IMG/VR virus record: IMGVR_UViG_3300014205_000003 | Location: 32,001 to 96,000 of that record | Strand: one strand, 5' to 3' | Length of the DNA stretch: 64,000 nucleotides | DNA from: a virus | Taxonomy: Duplodnaviria; Caudoviricetes | Part shown: positions 56,176-64,000 of the stretch, piece by piece | Layout: every line of letters starts with the position of its first letter | How positions within the stretch are numbered: position 1 is the stretch's first letter | Made by a program: the position numbers and the translations under genes | Notes under the pieces: generated by a model | Databases searched by the model: none | Told to the model about the DNA's origin: nothing | What the model saw: only the letters and a program-made list of their open reading frames with translations

Positions 56176-57225
56176 TTATGCCACCAGTTTGGGGAATGCG
56201 CGAACAAGAATGCTGGCGTGTTCTGCAGTAATCTTCTTGAGGTCGTCTGACGTAGTCAGGTCAAGAGCAAGCGCGTCTTTGCAAAACTCGCCAATAGCCT
56301 TAGCCTGCTTCTGAATCTCCGAAGTCTTCACCAGAGTACCGTTAGGAAGCAGGATGTACTGACTCTTCATAGCCTGAGCCTGCTTATTGACTACGCCCCC
56401 GAAAACATCCTCGCAAGCAGGCATTTGACGAGTATAGCAGTGATTAGCACTGCAGAGTCCCACGAAGCGCGTCAAGTCATCCACGAGAGCTGCAGTCTTA
56501 TCCAAGAAAGCTTCATCAACAATGTCACCGCTGGCAGTCTTCTCAAGCTCTTCAAAGCCATTCTTGAGAGTCTGTACAGCTTCAATGTGACCAGCCTTAT
56601 GCAGATAAGACATCCTGTCCTTGACGACCTGCTTAACAGTACTCAACGCGGCTTTCTGCATACCCGCAGTACGTTGGAGCGCTACAATCTGTTCGTCCGC
56701 TACTTTGCTCAGGAACTCCTTAGGAGCCTGCAGCAGTTGTTTAGCGACATCTCGACGTGTATCCCAAGGGTACTTCTCCTTATGAGCGAGCAGATCTGAA
56801 GCGACCTTCTCGAAGTCCTCAAAAGTGCACACCTGTGCGCGAGCTTCCTCCATGTCCTTGTGAGTATACGTAATAGTCATTACAGGAGCCGCAGCTTCCT
56901 TCACCAACTGTTCCGGCGAATAGGTAAAGGAATCGCCAATCTGCCAGAAGTCAATTGCTGTCAGCAAGCGCTGGCTGATCTCGTTGCGAAGACCTCGAGG
57001 ATACTCAGCAGCCTGTTTGGTGAAGTATGTAGTAGAGAGCCAAGTGTCTGCAGGAGTGGGAACAGGGAACTGACGCTTGTCAGGATCTGCAAAGCTCTCG
57101 GAAGGCAGTGTCTTCAAGTCCTCTGGCGACACAAGCTCAGCTTCTTTGACGAAGTCAGGCATGTGAATAAGACTGCCGATCTTGAAGAGGTGGCCACGAG
57201 AAGTGTCTTGAGTGTGATCCTGCAT
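56176..57225 (-). CDS. Hypothetical protein rich in KxA motifs
   Basis: KEA, KQA, KVA and KTA repeatedly; AAGGA RBS. Confidence 0.8.
   Translation of the reverse strand: MQDHTQDTSRGHLFKIGSLIHMPDFVKEAELVSPEDLKTLPSESFADPDKRQFPVPTPADTWLSTTYFTKQAAEYPRGLRNEISQRLLTAIDFWQIGDSFTYSPEQLVKEAAAPVMTITYTHKDMEEARAQVCTFEDFEKVASDLLAHKEKYPWDTRRDVAKQLLQAPKEFLSKVADEQIVALQRTAGMQKAALSTVKQVVKDRMSYLHKAGHIEAVQTLKNGFEELEKTASGDIVDEAFLDKTAALVDDLTRFVGLCSANHCYTRQMPACEDVFGGVVNKQAQAMKSQYILLPNGTLVKTSEIQKQAKAIGEFCKDALALDLTTSDDLKKITAEHASILVRAFPKLVA
56821..56840. repeat. Dispersed palindrome copy (inside CDS)
   Basis: aaaagtgcacacctgtgcgc, identical to the 49625 copy. Confidence 0.8.
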
Positions 57226-57290
57226 AAGTCTTATTCCTTTGTAAGTACGGAAAATCTCCGCTTGCTTAGGAATAATATACAGCTTACAGC

Positions 57291-59078
57291 TTATCGAGGC
57301 TTCCAGTCAGGGCGCTTCGGCTCAACCTCTTCGTCATCCTCATGACTAGTTGCACCACTCAATTGAGGGTAGCTTTTCCTCAAATACCATATTGCAGAAC
57401 AAGCGAAGTTCACCGCGTGTACGAAGTCATCACTGCGACCTGCTTTACGATGAAAAAGAAGGATGTCAGAGCCTCGTGGGCTTTCTGATCTTTCCTCACC
57501 AATATTAAGAAAATCAGCTAATAAAGTCCAGCATTTATCCTGTCTGGGGAACTTAACTTTACCAGCTTTAATTGCTGCAAACAAGACTCTTAGAGAGCGA
57601 GCTTTGTCTATCAGATAGCATTTACGACTTCCATCATTCTGCCTATTCGTACGGATGATCTTGTGTCTGGGAGCCCAGTCGTAGGAGAAGGGTACAACAG
57701 TGGCAGGATTCTGTCCTTGTTCAATCATCAAGGCTTCGCGGATATTACCGGCACCGCCGTAGTCATGCGCAAACATATCTGGGTGCAACTGCGCATTTAA
57801 CCAACTAAGCTTACGAGATTCATCGTTAGCGTTCTGACTAGTAGGCATACGCTCCATATAGGAGATTTCGATTACATCGCTTCCATAGATCTGATTCGCA
57901 CAGACATATGTAGTTGTCGATGTGGCATCGTTACCACCACCAGACCAGTCTACGCCTGTAATGATGATACCAGACTGTTTCTGCTTCTCTAGGGAGCGCT
58001 TAAGTGTGTTATCATCTTTCTCTGATGTAGAGCAGGCGTTTGCGAGTTCCGAATGACTAATAGGCATTGAACTGTTATCCGAGGATTCTCCTAGAATCTC
58101 ATTCTCAAACTTGCTCTTTTCATAGGTGTTCATCTTGTGAAGAAGCTGTTGCCACTTAACAGGAGAGCTCAGATGCAGAGGGTGGGTGACCTGAGAGATG
58201 TGGATAGACTTGAATGTGTTGATGTACTGTGGTTGTTCATGCAGAAAGTAACCATCTTCTGTGTAAATAGGCTTCCCACACTTAGCACAGATAATACCTT
58301 CTTTACCGATCATTCTCATTAGATCGTATCTCAGTGCTGCTATGTTCTCGTGTTTACAACTACCTGAACGACAAGGAATTGTCCACTCGCCTTGGCTTGA
58401 TCGCTCATACAAAAGCTGAATGAAATTGTCTAAAGTCTTCGGAGTGCCGCTGTACATATAGAAACCGTACTGTTTACTGGCACTCATCGTCTCCCCAATC
58501 ACAGGCACAAAACTGTCAGTGAGATCTTGCACTTCGTCAAAAATCACCTGGCTCACGGCTGAAATACCCCTAATCCTATTACAGGAGGTAAAGGCATAGG
58601 AGAAGATTTCTTCAGATCGGTTCTTCCATTTATGATAGAGGGCACCATGTCTGCAGGAGGACGAATCAAAGCAGCCTTTGAATGGGCTCGAATCCACGAA
58701 GCTGCTTGAATAATCATCGTTGAGTCGTTTAGATTGAGCAAACAGAGGAGTAACTACTAGGGTTTTGAAGTCGGGTATCAAGATACTTTGCAGTTTGGAT
58801 GTAGCCATTAGGGAGGCAGACTTACCTACCTGTCGTGCAGACTTCAGCAAGAATTCCCTTGGGCGTCCGAGAAGCTGGAAGAGGGGGGCTAGTTGGTAGT
58901 GTTCTTTTAGTCCGAAAGGCTTGCCTTGGAAGCTCAAGAGGAAGAGAAGAGGTAACAGATTCGGAAGGCCGTTAGCTATAATTGAGTCGGAGAGCCTAGT
59001 CAGACTTGAGGCTAACTCCTCAGAGCTGTAGACTTTGTTTTGTAGATCGTCTATATCAGTTTGCAATGCTGTATTCAT
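57291..59078 (-). CDS. terL: Terminase large subunit (gpA-like, Zn-ribbon linker)
   Basis: Walker A KSARQVGKS, Walker B VIFDEVQD, SGTP coupling motif, nuclease GVDW and DDFVHA. Confidence 0.88.
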   Translation of the reverse strand: MNTALQTDIDDLQNKVYSSEELASSLTRLSDSIIANGLPNLLPLLFLLSFQGKPFGLKEHYQLAPLFQLLGRPREFLLKSARQVGKSASLMATSKLQSILIPDFKTLVVTPLFAQSKRLNDDYSSSFVDSSPFKGCFDSSSCRHGALYHKWKNRSEEIFSYAFTSCNRIRGISAVSQVIFDEVQDLTDSFVPVIGETMSASKQYGFYMYSGTPKTLDNFIQLLYERSSQGEWTIPCRSGSCKHENIAALRYDLMRMIGKEGIICAKCGKPIYTEDGYFLHEQPQYINTFKSIHISQVTHPLHLSSPVKWQQLLHKMNTYEKSKFENEILGESSDNSSMPISHSELANACSTSEKDDNTLKRSLEKQKQSGIIITGVDWSGGGNDATSTTTYVCANQIYGSDVIEISYMERMPTSQNANDESRKLSWLNAQLHPDMFAHDYGGAGNIREALMIEQGQNPATVVPFSYDWAPRHKIIRTNRQNDGSRKCYLIDKARSLRVLFAAIKAGKVKFPRQDKCWTLLADFLNIGEERSESPRGSDILLFHRKAGRSDDFVHAVNFACSAIWYLRKSYPQLSGATSHEDDEEVEPKRPDWKPR

Positions 59079-59128
59079 GGGTCATAGTTAAGATAGCCTC
59101 AATTTGAAAGTATACGTAGGAGATTACC

Positions 59129-59716
59129 ATGACTCGTTGCAGCAATTGTAATGAAGAGAAAGACGATAGTTGTTTTGGGCATGATGGTTCGAAGAAAAAT
59201 AAACTAAGATCCAGATGCAAAGACTGTATGAATTTACAAGCATTAGAGTACCGTACAAAGAACCCAGAGAAATATAGAGAAAGGTCTATGGATTATCGTA
59301 AAGCAGATCCTGTCAAACACTACAAAGGTGTTAGGAAAGCTCTTTTAAAGAGACGTGAGAACCCTGTAGAGGCAGAGCTGTTGCGAGCAAGGGACAGGGC
59401 TCGAAATAGAGCAAATCCTAATGTTAAGAGAAACAGCAGGATGAAACGTACATATGGCATCACTCTTTTAGATTTTGAAGAACTGAAGAAACAGCAAAAA
59501 CAGATGTGCGCCGTTTGTGGTAAACCGTTCTTAAAAACGACACCTCATATTGATCACGATCACAAAACAGGTGTGGTTAGAGGATTGCTATGCTCGCATT
59601 GTAATATTGGGATAGGCAATCTTATGGATAATCCAAGAATCCTTGAAAATGCGATTACATATCTGAAAATTCCGCGCTTAGCTATAGGTGAAATTACGTG
59701 TAATTACGCCTTTTAG
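59129..59716 (+). CDS. Endonuclease VII-like homing endonuclease
   Basis: YGIT...Q..CAVC..HIDHDH.TG.VRGLLCSHCN.GIG. Confidence 0.9.
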   Translation: MTRCSNCNEEKDDSCFGHDGSKKNKLRSRCKDCMNLQALEYRTKNPEKYRERSMDYRKADPVKHYKGVRKALLKRRENPVEAELLRARDRARNRANPNVKRNSRMKRTYGITLLDFEELKKQQKQMCAVCGKPFLKTTPHIDHDHKTGVVRGLLCSHCNIGIGNLMDNPRILENAITYLKIPRLAIGEITCNYAF

Positions 59717-59800
59717 GCCTCTTTTCAGCATAGCTATAAAGCCTTAAGTTTCAAGCACTTAGTTGGCATACTTAATTGTAAGCCTACAACCGTCCGTTTT

Positions 59801-59837
59801 GGACCCTATCGCCATACACAGGCAATAGGGTCTTTTT
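59801..59837 (+). terminator. Hairpin with U-tract (terminator or tiny RNA)
   Basis: gaccctat...atagggtc followed by ttttt. Confidence 0.7.
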
Positions 59838-60002
59838 GTGTGTATTTGGGGGCTGTTCTGCCTTTCTCAAAACAGGTCAAAAAGTGGCCTAAAAAGGGCT
59901 GTTTTAGCCTGCTTCCAGAGCCCTCCAAAACCTCTCTTTTGGACCCTTAAAAGGGAGGTTAAAAGTGGGCATCTTTACCTGTAAGACTTATATCTAGTTT
60001 TG

Positions 60003-60190
60003 GACCCTGTGGTAGAGCCGTGGGCTTCCATCTGTACCATGCGCAGGAAGCATCTGACCCAGCATTCTTAGCGGCTGACGAGACTCTGAAAATGAGTTGA
60101 AACATGTCTATGTAGACATGTACCGCGGAGTGACCCTAAGCTGGGGAATAACTGGTCACCAGTGGTACGGCTTTACTACAGGGTCTTTTT
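60003..60190 (+). ncRNA. Stem-closed ~185-nt structured RNA containing a hammerhead ribozyme
   Basis: 19-bp terminal stem 60003-21 / 60167-85 with two G-U pairs, then U-tract. Confidence 0.75.
60071..60126 (+). ncRNA. Hammerhead ribozyme (type I topology)
   Basis: gcgg-CUGACGA-gacuc/gaguu-GAAA-caugucu/agacaug-UA-ccgc; predicted cleavage after GUA (A60122). Confidence 0.85.
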
Positions 60191-60497
60191 CTCAGTTATT
60201 CGGAGTATTTGCAGAAAGTAGAAGAGGCACCCCATAGAGTTGGGCCTCCTGCAGAGCTCCATTTATTTGGGCTGCTGAACATGCTCCGGGTCGTATAGAC
60301 TCTTCCAGACTCCCAAGCAGGGTTTGGTTAGCATCAGTAAGCAGCCCTTCTTTCAAACGGCGGGGGTAATGGAAGTCATCTGAACAATGACTGCTTTGCA
60401 GAGGACACTCTGCTAGAACGCCTAGCAAGCTCACTGGAGAGCTAGTCATAAGGAGTTGCGAACCTTCCCCTTGCCACCATTCAAACAGAGGAGACTC

Positions 60498-60788
60498 ATG
60501 AAGACCTTGGAAGAGATCCTGCAACCACTGCAGGAGCAGCAAGATGCGATGATGAAAGAACTTGGAGACTTTCTTTCTCCGCATATGGAGAAGGCTGTTT
60601 TGCAAGAACCGTGTGCTTCTCAGTGGCAGATACGAATTAAGTACGACGCGAATGTCTTTGACCGAGTGCTTCACATTTGGAACAAAGTGTTCGTGAAGTA
60701 CTGTGATGATCGAGGGTGGGTAAAAACCTCCCTCATAGTTGCTGAGAGTGCAACTCTTATGTTTTCGTTTTCTAAGAAGGAGAGTTAA
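60498..60788 (+). CDS. Hypothetical early-type protein
   Basis: ATG at 60498 after GAGGAG. Confidence 0.7.
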   Translation: MKTLEEILQPLQEQQDAMMKELGDFLSPHMEKAVLQEPCASQWQIRIKYDANVFDRVLHIWNKVFVKYCDDRGWVKTSLIVAESATLMFSFSKKES

Positions 60789-60790
60789 AA

Positions 60791-60943
60791 ATGGCAACCG
60801 AAGTGAAAATCGTGAAACAGTCCCCCCGCCCCCGCGAAATCACCGGCCATATGCTGTGGAAAAAGAATCAGCCAATCCGGCAACTGATTCGGACTTCCCG
60901 CGACATGGTGGTTCTCACGGGTAAAGAGCTCGACACCCGCTAA
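60791..60943 (+). CDS. Small basic protein (50 aa)
   Basis: AAGGAG RBS; MATEVKIVKQSPRPREITGHMLW... Confidence 0.6.
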   Translation: MATEVKIVKQSPRPREITGHMLWKKNQPIRQLIRTSRDMVVLTGKELDTR

Positions 60944-61172
60944 CAGGTCTTTGGTGTCTGAAGCTCTGCTTGAAGCACCACTCCCAAGAACATTGATACG
61001 TAGGTATCTCTTGGGGGTGGTGTTTCAAAGTGTTGTGTGCGCCCACTATCAAGTGTGTTGGAAGCTATACAGCTTGCCGATGCTTGAAGTGCGGCGTACA
61101 CATCTTCTATTCCTTTTATCCCCAGTACATCCTAGTTTTCTTTTTAGCTACAACTGACCAAAGGAGAGCTGT

Positions 61173-61403
61173 ATGAAGCTTTTCAAAAAGGATCGTTTTA
61201 GATGGGTTTCCGATTACGGGTATGGAGACAAGTCTTGGTTGATTAGAGATTTGACTGCAGAAGAAGCTCTTCGCGTATTCAACAAAGAAACGGGGAACGA
61301 GTATTCAGAGCTGCATGAAGGCATGTTTGAAACAGATAGAACCTACTACTTGGAGTTTGACGACCCTGAGGATGTAGAAGATTGGGATGTTCAAGACAGT
61401 TGA
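61173..61403 (+). CDS. Hypothetical protein
   Basis: AAGGAG RBS. Confidence 0.7.
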   Translation: MKLFKKDRFRWVSDYGYGDKSWLIRDLTAEEALRVFNKETGNEYSELHEGMFETDRTYYLEFDDPEDVEDWDVQDS

Positions 61404-61417
61404 ACAAAGGAGATTCT

Positions 61418-61582
61418 ATGAAAGCTTTTTGTCAATGGTTAAAACGCCTATGGCAGACTTATCACTTCTGTGGGATGCATGCAGATCCATTAGGACAGTA
61501 CGATTTAGGTAAACATACAGGAAGACGTTTCTGGCGTCTGTACAGATGTAGAGTTTGTCAAAAAGAATGGTACGGAGCTTAG
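61418..61582 (+). CDS. Small hypothetical protein
   Basis: AAGGAG RBS, ATG at 61418; CxxC. Confidence 0.55.
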   Translation: MKAFCQWLKRLWQTYHFCGMHADPLGQYDLGKHTGRRFWRLYRCRVCQKEWYGA

Positions 61583-61755
61583 TATGCCTACGCCTTTAAG
61601 TATTGTGTCGTGGCAGTGGACAGGTAAGTGGCTTCTTACAGACAGAGGATTTCGACGAGAGTACGAGATAACCTATTCAGACGGTTCAGTAGAAAGGAAA
61701 GCTCTATGATGAGTAAAGGCTTGCTAAAAGCTCTACGCAAACTTCGCAGATTGGA

Positions 61756-62046
61756 GTGGGAGAAAAGGGTGTGTGTGAGTATGCTATTGGCGCAGGTCTG
61801 AAAGATCGTATGGAGCGTGTAGCCTTTCGTATGTCTCGTGAGCTGTCTAAGCAGATCGAGCGTCAACAGTTAGAATGCTTGCATCAAGAAGCAATTGTGA
61901 ATGGATGGACAATCTCACCTAGTGATCTCAGCGAAGATATAATCGTTCAAGGTCCGGGACATTGCCGTATCTTTCGTACTTTTCGCAATGCTGTGTTGTA
62001 CACAGAGCGTATGATTAAAGAAGCTAACAAGAGGACTTCACCATGA
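61756..62046 (+). CDS. Hypothetical protein (start uncertain)
   Basis: ORF track; ATGA coupling to next gene. Confidence 0.5.
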   Translation: MGEKGVCEYAIGAGLKDRMERVAFRMSRELSKQIERQQLECLHQEAIVNGWTISPSDLSEDIIVQGPGHCRIFRTFRNAVLYTERMIKEANKRTSP

Positions 62047-62291
62047 AGATCAAAATTACTGCGAAGTGTCCTGACTGTGTTGGAGATGCCGTTGATCGTG
62101 CTGTAGAAGATTGGGAAGCGTCCAAGGAATATGATAAAGAGGATCTGTCGAGCTCTGAAATGATGAGTGATGATCGCAGAGACTTTCGAGACAAGATTGA
62201 AGCGGCTGTCTACAAGTGGGTTGAGTATGGTGAGTACATCACAATTGAAGTTGATACAGAAACTGGAGAAGCAAGGGTGTGTCCTAAATGA
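62043..62291 (+). CDS. Hypothetical protein
   Basis: Coupled ORF. Confidence 0.7.
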   Translation: MKIKITAKCPDCVGDAVDRAVEDWEASKEYDKEDLSSSEMMSDDRRDFRDKIEAAVYKWVEYGEYITIEVDTETGEARVCPK

Positions 62292-62587
62292 GTATTCCTG
62301 TAAGCGTTTGTTTACTTGTCAAAGCAGTTAAAGATCCAGACGCGTTTAATGAGTATGTCAGGATAATGAAGTATAACTTGGAGAATTACGGACATTGGAC
62401 CACACTGCCTTGCAGCTGTTCTCCTCCGTGTACGGACGGTGTGTCTCCAAAAGAATGGGAACATCTATGTAGACGATACGCAGAGGCGATGGAAGGTGTT
62501 AAGACCTATGATGGTGATAAGGGGAAGAGGGGTTTTTCTGGTAGCGACAAGTTGATCTGGGACCAAATAAACAAGGAGTACGTCTAA
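62288..62587 (+). CDS. Hypothetical protein
   Basis: Coupled ORF. Confidence 0.65.
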   Translation: MSIPVSVCLLVKAVKDPDAFNEYVRIMKYNLENYGHWTTLPCSCSPPCTDGVSPKEWEHLCRRYAEAMEGVKTYDGDKGKRGFSGSDKLIWDQINKEYV

Positions 62588-62850
62588 TGACTGACTTAGA
62601 GCGAATATCTGAAGATTTAGGGAAGATCCTAAAAACACTTCTTGGGCAAGCGCACAGTCCTTTACAGACGGGCAGAGAGAATAGTGATTCCCTTACAATT
62701 ACCAAAGATGGGATCTTGGATGTTGCTATCAAACTGCAGAGGCTTCAAGACTACGTAGACGGTTTGGTTAAGTACACGATTTGGCTAAAAGACATGAAGG
62801 GTGAAGCTCCTGCAGAACAAACAGTGGATACAGGGAAAGGAAAGGTCTAG
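62587..62850 (+). CDS. Hypothetical protein
   Basis: AAGGAG RBS; coupled. Confidence 0.65.
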   Translation: MTDLERISEDLGKILKTLLGQAHSPLQTGRENSDSLTITKDGILDVAIKLQRLQDYVDGLVKYTIWLKDMKGEAPAEQTVDTGKGKV

Positions 62851-63026
62851 TGGATTATCGCAAAGTTACTGTTGAGGTAAAGATCAAGTTGTTGATTCAT
62901 GCAGACGATGACTTTCCGATTGAAAACGTCATGGACGACATGGAATACGATTTTCGGTCCTGTTCTGACAAAGCTGACATCATGGAAACTGAAATCCTCG
63001 ACTACACTGTTACTGACTCTCGCTAA
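62850..63026 (+). CDS. Small acidic protein (58 aa)
   Basis: GTG start; hand translation MDYRKVTVEVKIKLLIHAD...DSR. Confidence 0.6.
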   Translation: MDYRKVTVEVKIKLLIHADDDFPIENVMDDMEYDFRSCSDKADIMETEILDYTVTDSR

Positions 63027-63080
63027 TACAACTCAACAATCTATTCATTTACTCAAGTGGTTTTGCTAATGTAAAATGAT

Positions 63081-63449
63081 GTGCTCTACCCAATTAGTGG
63101 GCAACTGCTACACAGGCAGTTGAATGGTTCTGTTATGTCTACGTCAAGTGTCTTGTTGAGTGGCAGCTGTAAGGTTATGCGTCTTGTACTTGGAGGTACT
63201 GCAGTAATCTTAGCTGCTCTGTCATTAGGCTTCATAAGTCCTGGAGTGCTTGTTCTCCTATGTTTCCTATTTTTCTTCTTCAGTGGGTTGATAGGAAAGG
63301 TGTGTGGGAACGACTTTGAGAGTCTGATGATGTGTTTTGGTAAAGTGTGTGTCTGCAGCGTAGCCGCTGTGTTGATGCACATGGCAGGGATTCCGTTCTT
63401 CCTGCTCTTCGTGTTCACAATATTCTTCTTGTGGGCAATTCATCAATAA
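63081..63449 (+). CDS. Putative membrane protein (start uncertain)
   Basis: Several hydrophobic segments. Confidence 0.5.
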   Translation: MLYPISGQLLHRQLNGSVMSTSSVLLSGSCKVMRLVLGGTAVILAALSLGFISPGVLVLLCFLFFFFSGLIGKVCGNDFESLMMCFGKVCVCSVAAVLMHMAGIPFFLLFVFTIFFLWAIHQ

Positions 63450-63465
63450 ACAAAGGAAACAAACT

Positions 63466-63858
63466 ATGTGTACTGCCAAAACGACTAATTGCAGTGGTTC
63501 GTTGAGTTTTGAGGACCTCCCTGTGGAAGAGGGATGGGAATTGGATTGTCTGCGAGTTCCTAAGGTGGGTGAGTATGTATATTCCAGAGCGAGTGGTTAT
63601 AGGAAGATAACAGAAGCGACAGATTCTTTTCACATTGTCATAAAGCGAAAGGTTTGGGAGCCTGCGTACGGCCAGCAGTACTACTTAGTGAACACGTCTT
63701 CTGGTACAGCTATATCCGACCGATTCGACAACGCTACTTGCGACAATGACAGGATTGCTATTGGAAACTGCTTCAGGACAGAAGAACAAGCTAAGGAAGC
63801 AGCTAAGCGCTTCAAACAGATGTTGGCTGACTATCAGAAGGAGCTTACGCATGACTAA
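63466..63858 (+). CDS. Hypothetical phage protein
   Basis: AAGGA RBS; GNCFRTEEQAKEA motif. Confidence 0.7.
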   Translation: MCTAKTTNCSGSLSFEDLPVEEGWELDCLRVPKVGEYVYSRASGYRKITEATDSFHIVIKRKVWEPAYGQQYYLVNTSSGTAISDRFDNATCDNDRIAIGNCFRTEEQAKEAAKRFKQMLADYQKELTHD

Positions 63859-64000
63859 GGACTTTACCATCAAATGCTCACTGTTTATTCCTGAGGGCTA
63901 CGAAGCTGTTGAGATCAGGAGAGCAACGGACAAAGATCTCTGGATTCCTGTTTCTACAAGCAAAGAGTTAGTTCGACACGATGCGGACACAGTTTCACCT
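63851..64000 (+). CDS. Partial hypothetical protein
   Basis: AAGGAG RBS; frame open to window end. Confidence 0.55.
   Translation, partial: MTKDFTIKCSLFIPEGYEAVEIRRATDKDLWIPVSTSKELVRHDADTVSP

Noticed and set aside
59496-59512. Partial palindrome matches (acagatgtgcg here; ggacagatgtgcg near 33510)
   Set aside because: Left arm is mismatched; could be chance, so not counted
60192-60797. 201-aa minus-strand ORF
   Set aside because: Overlaps a plus-strand gene with a strong RBS and a structured non-coding tract; atypical composition
1-64000. CRISPR array / cas operon associated with the Cas12f-like proteins
   Set aside because: No 25-40 bp repeats with unique spacers seen near any TnpB, and no cas1/cas2; the only array-like element is the short one at 30.6 kb
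1-64000. Alternative genetic code (stop-codon reassignment)
   Set aside because: Conserved genes are full length in the standard code, and TAA, TAG and TGA all terminate genes

Overview
A 64-kb segment of a large tailed-phage (jumbo-phage-like) genome, standard genetic code, no CRISPR array seen. 1-25.9 kb: many unknown, probably head-internal proteins sharing an N-terminal AF(F/Y)xGY(M/L)xKxA motif or K-x-A motifs. These are interleaved with a bacterial-type RNA polymerase in three pieces (beta N-term; beta C-term fused to beta' N-term; beta' C-term), a tRNA-Gly, accessory enzymes and three transposase-less TnpB nucleases. 25.9-51.5 kb: morphogenesis module with prohead protease, scaffold, probable major capsid protein, neck, tail tube-like genes, a -1 frameshifted chaperone pair, a tape-measure-like gene, tail-tip genes, a collagen/LamG fibre and three glycosyltransferases. 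52-59.7 kb: sigma70-family factor, HNH endonucleases and terminase large subunit (- strand). 59.7-61.2 kb: structured non-coding region including a hammerhead ribozyme, followed by small early-type ORFs. Most unusual signals: (1) two synonymously recoded copies of a capsid-gene segment in a mini-array upstream of an HNH nuclease, (2) the shared N-terminal motif, (3) the RNAP architecture, (4) a hammerhead inside a stem-closed ~185-nt RNA, (5) a 14-bp palindrome dispersed every 1.5-10 kb, and (6) a TnpB whose presumptive guide flank has been inverted. All family assignments are by eye from motifs and gene order; no searches were run.
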